Assembly: GCA_050246755.1 (NCBI GenBank)
Contig: JBFWVL010000003.1
Span: forward strand, 64,001-128,000
Direction of reading: 5' to 3'
DNA length: 64,000 nucleotides
From: Bacteriovoracia bacterium
GTDB taxonomy: Bacteria > Bdellovibrionota > UBA1018 > CAIPTA01
Shown in pieces: positions 48,566 through 58,136 of this stretch. The notes below the pieces were generated by a model. It had not been told where the DNA came from and ran no database searches. It saw only the letters and a program-made list of their open reading frames with translations. Each line of letters opens with the position of its first letter. Positions within the stretch are counted from its first letter, which is position 1. The translations under genes and the position numbers were made by a program.

Positions 48566-49483
48566 TTATTTTGCGATATAGAGGAGAGATCCACCGAGGA
48601 GGTGGTTGATCACGGATTTGGAAACTTTTGGATCAAGAGCCAAACAGCCCCAGCTGCGGCCGGCCCGGCCCAGCTCTTCATTCACGTAAGGGGCTGAATG
48701 AATTACGATTCCACGCTTTTCGGCGTTCGAATTACTGGGTGCCAGCCCACGCAACCGTAATGAGTAACCATTGAGGCCTTCGTAAGAATCGAGGGTCATA
48801 AAAAAACCCAGGGAGCTTTGCAGAGAATTTTCCGTATTTGAAAAGTCGCTCGCGATCCCGATATTTTGGGGATCGGAATTGGTGCCGTGGGTGGTGAGGA
48901 GGCGGATCACCTGGGATTTGCGGAGATCGAAGATGAAGAAACGCTTTTCACTGGAGTGCTTGGAAAAATCCACCACCGTTACGTAGTAGGGATTTTTGAA
49001 AAATAGGCGGTTGGCCTGGTAGTAAGCGGCCGCGTGCTCATAGTGTTCAGCGCTCAGGCCCCAGGAGGCCTGGAATTCGGGCATTTTCAGGAGGGCGAAC
49101 GGGGCCACGGGAGTGGAATTGCGGGGAACTTCAGGCGTGAAAGGCTGGGGAGCTGCGGGTGCGGCCTTGGCCGGAGCCGGTTCTGGTTCCGGGGCGATCA
49201 CGGTAGGAACAGTGGTTTCCGTTTTCGCGGGTGCCGCCGGGACATTTTCATTAGCGGCAGGGGGCGCAGCTACTGGGGTTGGCGCGGGGGCTTCGTTAGG
49301 TTTCGTGGGAACAAAGGGAAGGACTTCGTAGGAAAGAACGTCTGGGGTTGCGGAATTTTCTTCCTGGGAAGCAGTGGGGGAAAGCATAGCGCGAGGGCCA
49401 CGATATTCTTTTCCGCAGGCAGAAAGCAGCACGATTACCATGCAGCTAAGAGCTTTCAACTTTGGTTCAACATTCAGCTTCAT
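48566..49483 (-). CDS. L,D-transpeptidase catalytic-domain lipoprotein, copy 2
   Basis: Lipobox LSAC, Pro/Ala linker, THGTNS, HSAPYV, GRSWGC. Confidence 0.9.
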   Translation of the reverse strand: MKLNVEPKLKALSCMVIVLLSACGKEYRGPRAMLSPTASQEENSATPDVLSYEVLPFVPTKPNEAPAPTPVAAPPAANENVPAAPAKTETTVPTVIAPEPEPAPAKAAPAAPQPFTPEVPRNSTPVAPFALLKMPEFQASWGLSAEHYEHAAAYYQANRLFFKNPYYVTVVDFSKHSSEKRFFIFDLRKSQVIRLLTTHGTNSDPQNIGIASDFSNTENSLQSSLGFFMTLDSYEGLNGYSLRLRGLAPSNSNAEKRGIVIHSAPYVNEELGRAGRSWGCLALDPKVSKSVINHLLGGSLLYIAK

Positions 49484-49526
49484 AGCAACCTTTCCCCAGT
49501 GCCTAGGGCAATGGTGAATGGTTGCG

Positions 49527-49560
49527 ATACTACTTTAAATGACTAAATTAGTCAAGTAAA
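49527..49560 (-). promoter_or_regulatory. sigma-70 promoter with overlapping palindrome, LDT copy 2
   Basis: TTGACT-N17-TAGTAT; TGACTAA-A-TTAGTCA at 49540-49554. Confidence 0.65.
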
Positions 49561-49575
49561 GAGTGCTGATTTTAT

Positions 49576-50328
49576 CTAACGATTTCGCCACTTTCGAGCT
49601 TCACTGGCATCATAGTCGATCAGAAGCAGGCTACCGTCACGCAAGCGGTCGATAATCTTTTTGGAATATTTGGGGTCCACGGCCGGGCAGCCAAAGCTGC
49701 GTCCGGCGTAGTTATTCGCATCCGAAACGTAGTCTGCGGGGTGCATCACGATATCGCGCTCTTCGGCCTTGGAGTTCGTGGATTCTAGGCCCCTGAGGCG
49801 TAGCGAATAGCCGTGGGAGCCGTTATAGGTTTTGAGGGTTAGGTAAAAACCCAGGGAGCTCTGCAGGGAATCCACCGTATTGGAAAATTCGGTGGGGAAA
49901 CCATCGTTGTCGGGGTCGGAGTTTTTGCCGTGGCTCGTGGCGTGCAGCTCTACCGTGCCGGCCTTGAGGTCGAATAAATAAAATCTATGGTGGCTCGAAG
50001 GCTGACTAAAGTCCACGATCGTCGCGTAGCGGGCATTGGGAATAAGGTCGAGGTTTCGGTTATAATACGCTTTCATTTTTTCATAGGTGGCGCGTCCCAT
50101 TTTCCAGTCCGGATCGAATTCGGGAAAACGGTAGGAAGCGGAAGGAACCGAAGGGGCCTGGGGCGGCGCGGGAACACCGGGAGGGGTTTCCGGTGCTACC
50201 GGGGCGTTCACGGTTTTCTCGCATTTTGCGCCCGTGCAGGTTTCTTCGAGCTGCCCCGTCTGGCCGCAAGCCGAGAGGGCGAATGCCGCCAGAAGAAGAG
50301 ATACCTGCCTTACACTGAATAGGTTCAC
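49576..50328 (-). CDS. L,D-transpeptidase catalytic-domain lipoprotein, copy 3
   Basis: Lipobox LSAC, SHGKNS, HPADYV, GRSFGC. Confidence 0.9.
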   Translation of the reverse strand: MNLFSVRQVSLLLAAFALSACGQTGQLEETCTGAKCEKTVNAPVAPETPPGVPAPPQAPSVPSASYRFPEFDPDWKMGRATYEKMKAYYNRNLDLIPNARYATIVDFSQPSSHHRFYLFDLKAGTVELHATSHGKNSDPDNDGFPTEFSNTVDSLQSSLGFYLTLKTYNGSHGYSLRLRGLESTNSKAEERDIVMHPADYVSDANNYAGRSFGCPAVDPKYSKKIIDRLRDGSLLLIDYDASEARKWRNR

Positions 50329-50420
50329 CTACTACCGGTCGGTAGGGTGCGTTATCTTCTTTATTAAAACGGTGAGCGGTAAGGTTTTCTCAGGCCCTCA
50401 CCGCCTACCAGGTGGGCCGG

Positions 50421-52046
50421 CTAGCCTAGAAAGGGGTAACGGTAGTTCGTGGGCGGTGCAAAGGTTTCTTTGATGGCCCGGGCGGAAGTCCAACGCAGGA
50501 GGTTCAGAACCGATCCGGCCTTATCGTTGGTGCCCGAAGCGCGGGCGCCGCCGAAGGGTTGCTGACCCACTACGGCTCCCGTGGGTTTATCGTTGATATA
50601 GAAGTTTCCGGCGGCGTAGCGCAGGCGTTCGGTGGCATGCGCGATCACTTTGCGGTCGCGCGAGAAGAAGGCGCCGGTGAGGGCGTAGTCGGTGCTTTGG
50701 TCGCAGATATCGAGCGTGGCCTCGAAATCCTTCTCCTCGTAGATATAAACGGTGAGCACGGGCCCAAACAGTTCTTCGCACATCGTTTCCATTTTAGGAT
50801 TTTTCGTCTCGATCACGGTAGGCTGCACGAAATAGCCCACGCTTTTGTCGGTTTTGCCTCCGAACACAATGCGCGCGTCGGGATTCTTCTTGGCACGCTC
50901 GATGTAGCCCGTGAGCTTATCGAAGCTTTTCTCGTCGATCACGGCGCCCACGAAATTACTAAAGTCGTTAGGATCGCCCATTTTGATTTCGCTCAGCTGG
51001 GAAAGCATTTCCTTTTCGATATCTTTCCAGAGCGCGCGGGGTAGGTAAGCGCGGGAAGCCGCTGAGCATTTCTGGCCTTGGTACTCGAAGGCGCCGCGCA
51101 CGAGAGCGGTGGCCACTTCTCTGGCATCCGAATCGCTGTGCACGAACACGAAATCTTTTCCGCCGGTTTCGCCCACCACGCGCGGGTAGGAGCGGTAGCG
51201 GCCTACGGAATTGCCGATCGTTTTCCAAATATTATTGAACACGGCGGTGGAGCCCGTGAAATGAACGCCCGCGAAATCCCGGTGTTCGAGCATTAAATTT
51301 GCGATTCCGGCGCTGGGGCCGGGAAGGAAATTCACCACGCCCGGGGGCAGGCCGGCTTCCTCGAGCAGCTTCATGATCCAGTAGCCCGAGAAAAGCGAGG
51401 TGGCGCTGGGTTTCCAGAGGGCCACGTTTCCGAGGAGCGCGGGGGCGGTAGGCAGGTTTCCGGCGATCGAGGTGAAATTGAAGGGGGTGATCGCGAGCAC
51501 GAAACCTTCGAGGGGCCGGTATTCCATTCGATTCCAAACGCCGGGAGAGCTCTCGGGCTGCTCCGCATAGATTTTCTTTAAATAAGAAGCATTGAAGCGG
51601 AAGAAATCGATCAACTCACAGGCGGAATCAATCTCGGCTTGGTGCACCGTTTTCGATTGGTTGAGCATGGTGGCGGCATTGAGGATGGGGCGGAATTTTC
51701 CCGCGAGCAGGTCGGCTGCTTTTAAGAAAACGGCCGCGCGGTCCTGCCACTGCAATTGTTCCCAGTCTTTTTTTGCTTTAGCCGAAGCTTCGATTGCCAG
51801 CTTCACTTCTTTTTCGCCGGCCTGGTGCACGTTGGCGAGCACGCGGGAATGAGCGTGGGGCTCGATAGCCTTAATCGTATTTCCGGTGCGGATTTCTTTG
51901 CCGCCGATAATGAGCGGGATATCGAGGGCTTCGGAGCGGAATGTCTTCAGCTGTTGCTCCACCGTTTTGCGGGCCGCATCGCCCGGGGCATAGGGAAGCA
52001 CGGGCTCATTTATTGGCTTGGGCAGTTCAAAATGGGCGTTATTCAT
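50421..52046 (-). CDS. pruA: L-glutamate gamma-semialdehyde (P5C) dehydrogenase
   Basis: AEIDSACELIDF, PFNFTSI, GETGGKDF, YQGQKCSA, INDKPTGAVVGQQPFGG. Confidence 0.95.
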   Translation of the reverse strand: MNNAHFELPKPINEPVLPYAPGDAARKTVEQQLKTFRSEALDIPLIIGGKEIRTGNTIKAIEPHAHSRVLANVHQAGEKEVKLAIEASAKAKKDWEQLQWQDRAAVFLKAADLLAGKFRPILNAATMLNQSKTVHQAEIDSACELIDFFRFNASYLKKIYAEQPESSPGVWNRMEYRPLEGFVLAITPFNFTSIAGNLPTAPALLGNVALWKPSATSLFSGYWIMKLLEEAGLPPGVVNFLPGPSAGIANLMLEHRDFAGVHFTGSTAVFNNIWKTIGNSVGRYRSYPRVVGETGGKDFVFVHSDSDAREVATALVRGAFEYQGQKCSAASRAYLPRALWKDIEKEMLSQLSEIKMGDPNDFSNFVGAVIDEKSFDKLTGYIERAKKNPDARIVFGGKTDKSVGYFVQPTVIETKNPKMETMCEELFGPVLTVYIYEEKDFEATLDICDQSTDYALTGAFFSRDRKVIAHATERLRYAAGNFYINDKPTGAVVGQQPFGGARASGTNDKAGSVLNLLRWTSARAIKETFAPPTNYRYPFLG

Positions 52047-52265
52047 AGAAAACCTCGAAAATGATTTCTCTATCTATAACGGAGGCCATTTCCTCAATCC
52101 AGTACGAAAGAGGAGTGATTTTCATGGCTTAGGACTGGCTTTCTCTCTGGGGCCTAAAGTGCTCTATTACTTCGTCAATCACTAAAATTTATTAATAAAA
52201 ACAAATGGATATAAAGAAAGTGGAAAGTAATTGAGCGAAACCATCCATTTTCCCTGACTCTATAG

Positions 52266-52294
52266 TTGACAACTGTAGTCAAGCGGAATAAGAT
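52266..52294 (+). promoter_or_regulatory. Consensus sigma-70 promoter with palindrome over -35
   Basis: TTGACA-N17-TAAGAT; TTGAC-AACTGTA-GTCAA. Confidence 0.7.
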
Positions 52295-52349
52295 GCACAG
52301 CGTTAAAGGACCCCAATAGCCTTTGATAAGAAAAAAGAGGACAAAGCAA

Positions 52350-53621
52350 ATGAAGAAGCCAATTTGGAAAAATACCCTGATCCTGGCCTTCTCCGCATTC
52401 GTAGTAACCTTAACTCCACTCGGCACTGCCCGCGCGGAACTGGTGAGCGAAGAAGTGCAAGAAGACTCGATCTCCCCAGAAGGAAGCGCGGACGCGTCTT
52501 CCGATAACCAAGAGCTCGTGATCGTTAAAAAACGACCAGCTGCCCGCCAAGCCGCCACCCGCAAGGTGATCCGCCGCGAAGTAGTAGAAGAGCAAGCTGA
52601 ACCCATCGCCCTCCAGCAAGAGCCGGCGATGGAAGTGCGCACGCAAACGCAGGTGGCGGTGCCCGCTCAAGCCGAAAGAAAATCGGTGGGATCTGCCATC
52701 GACAATAATATCCAGAACAAGATGGACGGCGTGCGTGAACAATTCGAACAGGCGCTCATCCGCCAGCTCGATAAGATTAAGATTACCGTAGCCGACGAAG
52801 CTCCCGCCGCTGCTCCCGTGCAAACCACGGTAGTGACCGATAGCGTGATCAGCTCCGCCGCTGCTCCGGAAAAAGCCGGTTACATGTCGATCGAAAGCGC
52901 CCCCGTGGTTGCCGACGACGCCGCGGAAAATGAATCCGTAGCGAAGAAGAGTGAAGAGTCCGAAAAGACCAGCATTCGCCTTTCGCCGATCATCGGTATG
53001 ACCAGCCTTGGTTCCAACTATTACAATATCGAAGCCCGCTACACCGCCGGTATCGAGATTGAAATGGCGATGGACGAAAATCTGGCCGCCGTTCTCGGTT
53101 ATTCGTACTCGCAATACGATATCAGCCTCGGCACCGCCAACCCGTTCTACGCTGCTCAGCCGCAGTTTGGTTACGGGATCGGCAATAATTACTCGACCCT
53201 CAGCTATAACCAGAACGTCTTCCAGGGCGGACTGCGCGTATACCTGACCCCCCAGAGCTCGAAGTTCCGCCCCCATATCGGTGCGGGCCTCGGCTATAAC
53301 AAGGGTTACGTAAACTATAACAACCGTTACGCGAATACCTACCAGTACAACCCGTACCAGAATCAACCCGACTACGAAGTGACTTCGTTCTTGGGGATCC
53401 TGGAAGCCGGTGCGGATTTTCAGGTTTCGAAAGCGGTATCGGTGGGCGCCTTGTTCAAATACGACCAAGTGCTCAGCGCTAACGAGAACCAGCCTCTGAA
53501 CAACTACGCTTTCATCAACCAGGGCTATAACGGCCAGGTTGGCGATAAGGCGCTGGTTGGCGGATCGATCGCGAAGGAAAACTTCTACTCGATCCTCGGA
53601 ACCGTGAAAGTAGCGTTCTAA
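52350..53621 (+). CDS. Outer-membrane beta-barrel protein with long N-terminal extension
   Basis: Signal peptide; amphipathic strands (FRPHIGAGLGY, EAGADFQV); C-terminal VKVAF. Confidence 0.82.
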   Translation: MKKPIWKNTLILAFSAFVVTLTPLGTARAELVSEEVQEDSISPEGSADASSDNQELVIVKKRPAARQAATRKVIRREVVEEQAEPIALQQEPAMEVRTQTQVAVPAQAERKSVGSAIDNNIQNKMDGVREQFEQALIRQLDKIKITVADEAPAAAPVQTTVVTDSVISSAAAPEKAGYMSIESAPVVADDAAENESVAKKSEESEKTSIRLSPIIGMTSLGSNYYNIEARYTAGIEIEMAMDENLAAVLGYSYSQYDISLGTANPFYAAQPQFGYGIGNNYSTLSYNQNVFQGGLRVYLTPQSSKFRPHIGAGLGYNKGYVNYNNRYANTYQYNPYQNQPDYEVTSFLGILEAGADFQVSKAVSVGALFKYDQVLSANENQPLNNYAFINQGYNGQVGDKALVGGSIAKENFYSILGTVKVAF

Positions 53622-53665
53622 ACAAACCTTACTAAGTTCTCTAAAATAGCTTTGTCTAGCCTTAA

Positions 53666-53706
53666 GAGCCCTGCGACATCCCCCCTCGTCGCGGGGCTCA
53701 CTTTTT
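53666..53706 (+). terminator. Intrinsic terminator
   Basis: GAGCCCTGCGAC...GTCGCGGGGCTC then a T tract. Confidence 0.8.
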
Positions 53707-53744
53707 GGTAGGCTTCCCTGCGATCGCAGTGTAATTACCTTCCC

Positions 53745-54551
53745 ATGATTTTTTCTCTTCTATTCGCCACCCTATCCCTCTCTTCCGCCCAAGCCGGCAA
53801 TATCATTTTCCAGTACCTTCCCGAATACGGGGCGATACGGCTGCGGGCCGAATGCACGATCGAAAAAGAAACCCGTGAATGCGCGATCGACACCGGCGCG
53901 CCCCAAACCATGACGGCGCCTTCGGTGCTGAAAGAAGAGCACGAGGTTTTAGGTGAGGTGAAAATGGGCTCGATCGGGATGTCGGTGATCTGCCAGCGCC
54001 TCGCGATTCCCGGTTTCAATTTCGCCGGCTCCGTGCGCGCCGCGGAAGTGCTGAGCTGCCCGGGATTTTTCGAGAGCCTTTCTCCCACGATTGGGATGGA
54101 CTCCTTCGACGCCCGCCGCTTTCTTTTTGATTTTTCGGCTGAGGATTTGAAGTGGGACCCGATCTGGGAATCCCCCACCCAGCCTTTCCGCCGCCTAAGG
54201 CATTGGCTGGTAGTGCCGGGCTCGTTGAATGGGCGCGGCTTTGAAATGGGTTTCGATACTGGAGCTCCGGTTACCCTCGTAGACCAAAAATTCGTGGATG
54301 CCAACCCCGACCTCTTTACCCTTTCCACGGAGCCGCCCTCGGAAATGCTGATCCGCCGGAATATGCGGGCCTACGTGGTGAGCGGCCCAATCCGCGTAGG
54401 GGATGTCAATCTCGAGGCAACTTTCGTGTACGCGGGAGACTTCAGCCCGCTCAAGATCGATTTTCCGATCATCCTCGGCGCCAATCACCTGGTGCAAGCC
54501 GCGTGGTACTTCGACTTGAAGGCCGATCGTTGGGGTATCCGGCGCTACTGA
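53745..54551 (+). CDS. Secreted two-domain retropepsin-like aspartyl protease
   Basis: IDTGA and FDTGA motifs, TIGMD and ILGAN. Confidence 0.82.
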   Translation: MIFSLLFATLSLSSAQAGNIIFQYLPEYGAIRLRAECTIEKETRECAIDTGAPQTMTAPSVLKEEHEVLGEVKMGSIGMSVICQRLAIPGFNFAGSVRAAEVLSCPGFFESLSPTIGMDSFDARRFLFDFSAEDLKWDPIWESPTQPFRRLRHWLVVPGSLNGRGFEMGFDTGAPVTLVDQKFVDANPDLFTLSTEPPSEMLIRRNMRAYVVSGPIRVGDVNLEATFVYAGDFSPLKIDFPIILGANHLVQAAWYFDLKADRWGIRRY

Positions 54552-54685
54552 CGATTTCCTTTTGGCTAGCGTGTCAAAACTGACAAACCCTCCCCATCTT
54601 GCGATGCGTAAGTGCTGGAAATCCTCGCCCTTTTTTGCGGCCTAGAGGTACAATCTCCTAGCTTGAACAGCCAAGGAGGATTCTT

Positions 54686-56008
54686 ATGTCGAACCTAAGA
54701 AGTGTGGTGATCGTAGACGGCGTGCGCACACCTTTCGCGAAAGCCGGAAGCGATTTCGCCAAGATCCGCGCCCATGAATTGGGCCGCGTGGCGATGCGTG
54801 AGCTGCTCGAGCGCCTCGAGATCACCGACGGGGTAGGAAAAAAAGCCCGCGTGAAGGTAGACGAAGTTTGCGTCGGCAACGTGGGCAGCCCCGAAGACGC
54901 CGCGAATATCGCGCGCGTGGTGGCGATGCAAGGTGGCCTGCACCAGTCGATTCCCGCGTATAGCGTGCACCGCAACTGCGCTTCCGGGATGGAGGCCATC
55001 ATGCAGGGCTGGCTCAAAATCGGCACCGGCCAGGCCGACGTGATGATCGTGGGCGGCACCGAGAGCATGAGTAATATGCCTTTTATTTACCGGCCCGAGG
55101 TGGTGGCGGCTTTCATGCGCATCAAGGGCGCGAAATCCCTGCCGCAGCGTTTGGCGGCGTTCGCGAAGATGCCCTGGGGCGCGCTCCTCAATCCCATCGT
55201 GGCGATCCAAGAAGGCCTCACGGATCCTTTCTGCGGGATGAACATGGGCCAGACGGCGGATCTTCTCGCCAAAGAATTCGGGATTTCCCGCGAAGACCAA
55301 GATCGCTACGCCGTGGAATCTCACCGCCGCGCGGTGGCCGCGCAGGAAGCCGGCAAGATGGCCGACGAGATCGTGCCCGTGGGCGTACCCAACGATTACC
55401 GCAGCATCGTGAAGAACGACATTGGCCCCCGCAAGGGCCAGTCGATGGAGCAGCTCGCGAAGCTAAAGCCCTTCTTCGATCGCGTGAACGGCACCGTCAC
55501 GGTGGGCAATGCCTGCCCGATCACTGACGGCGCCGTGATGATCGCGCTGATGAGCGAAGAGAAGGCGAAAGCCGCCGGTTACAATATTCTCGGCAAGATC
55601 CGCTCGGTGGCCTTTACCGGCCACGAGCCGGAGCGCATGGGGCTCGGCCCGGTATACGCGAGCCACAAGGCCCTGCAGCAAGCGGGGCTCGGCCTCCAGC
55701 AGATGGACGTGGTGGAGCTCAACGAGGCGTTCGCCGCGCAGGCGATGGCCGTGCTGAAGGCCGCCGGTTCTCGTGACTGGTGCAAAGAGAAATTGGGCAC
55801 GGATCAGCCGCTCGGCGAGATCGATCCCGCCAAGCTCAATCCCAACGGCGGCGCGATCGCGCTCGGCCACCCCGTGGGCTCGAGCGGCGCGCGCATCGTG
55901 CTTACCGCGCTCAAGGAGCTCAAGCGAAACGGAAAACAGTTCGGTCTCTCCACGCTTTGCATCGGCGGGGGCCAAGGAGGCGCAGTTGTTGTTGAAAGAG
56001 GAGCATAA
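54686..56008 (+). CDS. fadI: Acetyl-CoA C-acyltransferase (thiolase, FadI-like)
   Basis: RTPF, NCASG, NEAFA, GHPVG, CIGGGQG. Confidence 0.9.
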   Translation: MSNLRSVVIVDGVRTPFAKAGSDFAKIRAHELGRVAMRELLERLEITDGVGKKARVKVDEVCVGNVGSPEDAANIARVVAMQGGLHQSIPAYSVHRNCASGMEAIMQGWLKIGTGQADVMIVGGTESMSNMPFIYRPEVVAAFMRIKGAKSLPQRLAAFAKMPWGALLNPIVAIQEGLTDPFCGMNMGQTADLLAKEFGISREDQDRYAVESHRRAVAAQEAGKMADEIVPVGVPNDYRSIVKNDIGPRKGQSMEQLAKLKPFFDRVNGTVTVGNACPITDGAVMIALMSEEKAKAAGYNILGKIRSVAFTGHEPERMGLGPVYASHKALQQAGLGLQQMDVVELNEAFAAQAMAVLKAAGSRDWCKEKLGTDQPLGEIDPAKLNPNGGAIALGHPVGSSGARIVLTALKELKRNGKQFGLSTLCIGGGQGGAVVVERGA

Positions 56009-56012
56009 GGCG

Positions 56013-58133
56013 ATGGCGTACACCAACTTTAAACTTAGCGATCGTGGTCAAGGCTGGTTCGAGCTGATGTTCGATCAGCCCGACTCTAAAGCAAACGTAT
56101 TTAATGAATTGGCTCTGAAGGAATTGGACCAGGTCGCCCAGGATCTCGCCGGCCGCAAAGACATCAAGGGCCTGCTGGTTACGAGCGGCAAGAGCGATAT
56201 TTTCATCGCGGGCGCCGATCTCAGCTTGATCAAGAGCCTCGACACGATCGACAAAGCCCTCGCGGGCTGTACGGCCGGTCAGCAAGCCGTGCACCGTTTT
56301 TCGAAATTGCCCTTCGAAACCGTGGCCGCGATCAACGGCGCCTGCCTCGGCGGCGGCTTCGAGCTCGCGCTCGCCTGCAAAAAACGCCTGGCTTCCGACG
56401 CGAAGGCCGTGAAGATCGGCCTGCCGGAGGTAATGCTCGGAATCCTGCCTGGCTTCGGCGGCTCGGTGCGCTTGCCGCGCCTGGTTCCCTTGCCTACGGC
56501 TCTGGATCTCATCCTCACCGGGAAACAAATCGACGGCGTGCGGGCTTATAAAGCCGGCGTCGTGGACGCGTACCTTCCCCAGCAGAATTTCAACGAGCGC
56601 GCGCTCACGTGGGCCAAAGCGAATGCCGGAAAGCCCGGTCGCCGCTTGACCTCCTTCATGGGCCGCGTGATGGAAATGGTTCCTTTCCGTGGAATCATTT
56701 TCTCCCAGGCGCGCAAGCAGGTGATGAAGACCACGAAGGGCAAATATCCCGCGCCCCTGAAAATCCTCGAATTGCTCGCCGAGATCCACGGTTTGCAAAT
56801 CGAAGAAGCGCTCAAGCGTGAGGCCAAGGCCTTCGCGGTGCTCGCGGTTACCCCGATTTCCAAGCGTTTGATCGAGCTTTTCCAGCTATCGGAAAGCGTG
56901 AAGAAAACGAACGGTGTTGGCCCCGAAGTGCAGGCCAAAAAAGTAGAGCGCGCCGCGCTCCTCGGCGCCGGCGTGATGGGCGGCGGTATCGCCTGGGCCT
57001 TCGCCAACAAAGAAATCCCCGTGCGCATGAAAGACTTGAATTACGAGGCCGTGAGCCTGGGCTGGCAGCAAGCGGCCCGCGATTTCGGCTACGCGCTGAA
57101 AAAACGCAAGATCACCAAAAACCAGTTCCTCGGGAAAATGGGAATGATCAGCGGCACCACCGACTATAGCGGCTTCAAAACGGCCGACGTGGTGGTGGAA
57201 GCCGTAGTGGAAAACATGGACGTGAAGAAAAAAGTTCTGGCCGAGTGCGAGAACTATATCTCGCCCGACTGCGTTTTCGCCTCCAATACCAGCTCGCTCT
57301 CGATCACCGAGATGCAGTCGGTGGCCAAGCGCCCAGATAAAGTGGGAGGATTCCACTTCTTCAACCCTGTTTCCCGCATGCCACTGATCGAAGTGATCGC
57401 CGGCGCAAAAACCTCGCCGGAAACCGTGGCCACTCTTTTCGAATTGGCCAAGAAATTGGGCAAGACGCCGATCGTGGTGAAAGACGGCCCCGGCTTCCTC
57501 GTGAACCGTTTGCTGCTTCCTTACATGAACGAAGCCCTCTTCGTTTTCGGCGAAGGCGTTTCCGTCGAGAGAATCGATCGCGTGATGGTGGACTTCGGGA
57601 TGCCGATGGGCCCGCTGCGTCTCGTAGACGAAGTGGGGATCGACGTGGCCGCGAAGGTGGCTAAGATTCTCAACGCGGCTTTCGGCGCGCGGGCGCAAGC
57701 TTCCCCGATCTCCGACCTGATCGTGAAGAGCGGCCGCCTCGGCAAAAAGAACGGCAAGGGTTTCTACCTTTACGAAAAGGAAAAAGAGACCGGCCTCGAC
57801 GATACGATCGTGGGCCTCGTGCCGAACCGCACCACCAAGAGCGTGAATCTCTCCGACGCCGAGATCGTGCAGCGCTTGATTTACCCGATGATCAACGAGG
57901 CGGCTCTCGCCCTCGCCGAGGGCGTGGTGAAAACTCCGGGCGAAGTGGATCTCGGCATGATCATGGGAACCGGCTTTCCTCCTTTCCGCGGCGGCCTGCT
58001 GCGGTTCGCGGACAGCGAAACTCCCAAGAAGGTGGCCGATACCCTCGAGAAGTTCGCGGCCGCCGGCGGCGGCGAACGCATGAAGCCCAACCAGGCTCTG
58101 CTAGAGGCCGCCCGCAGAGGGTCGTTCTACTAG
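56013..58133 (+). CDS. fadJ: Fatty-acid oxidation multifunctional enzyme (enoyl-CoA hydratase/3-hydroxyacyl-CoA dehydrogenase)
   Basis: FIAGAD, CLGGGFEL, GLPEV.LG, GAGVMGGG, ASNTSSL, HFFNP, GTGFPPFRGG; start MAYTNF after GAGGAG. Confidence 0.92.
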   Translation: MAYTNFKLSDRGQGWFELMFDQPDSKANVFNELALKELDQVAQDLAGRKDIKGLLVTSGKSDIFIAGADLSLIKSLDTIDKALAGCTAGQQAVHRFSKLPFETVAAINGACLGGGFELALACKKRLASDAKAVKIGLPEVMLGILPGFGGSVRLPRLVPLPTALDLILTGKQIDGVRAYKAGVVDAYLPQQNFNERALTWAKANAGKPGRRLTSFMGRVMEMVPFRGIIFSQARKQVMKTTKGKYPAPLKILELLAEIHGLQIEEALKREAKAFAVLAVTPISKRLIELFQLSESVKKTNGVGPEVQAKKVERAALLGAGVMGGGIAWAFANKEIPVRMKDLNYEAVSLGWQQAARDFGYALKKRKITKNQFLGKMGMISGTTDYSGFKTADVVVEAVVENMDVKKKVLAECENYISPDCVFASNTSSLSITEMQSVAKRPDKVGGFHFFNPVSRMPLIEVIAGAKTSPETVATLFELAKKLGKTPIVVKDGPGFLVNRLLLPYMNEALFVFGEGVSVERIDRVMVDFGMPMGPLRLVDEVGIDVAAKVAKILNAAFGARAQASPISDLIVKSGRLGKKNGKGFYLYEKEKETGLDDTIVGLVPNRTTKSVNLSDAEIVQRLIYPMINEAALALAEGVVKTPGEVDLGMIMGTGFPPFRGGLLRFADSETPKKVADTLEKFAAAGGGERMKPNQALLEAARRGSFY

Positions 58134-58136
58134 GGC

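Noticed and set aside
52410-53468. Long antisense ORFs (also 30788-31672, 38012-38869, 46629-47471, 55920-56798, 56886-57698)
   Set aside because: Shadows of well-supported genes caused by GC-rich codon bias; no motifs
55773-56012. 80-aa N-terminal extension of FadJ in the ORF track
   Set aside because: Overlaps the thiolase; the ATG at 56013 has an SD and gives a normal length
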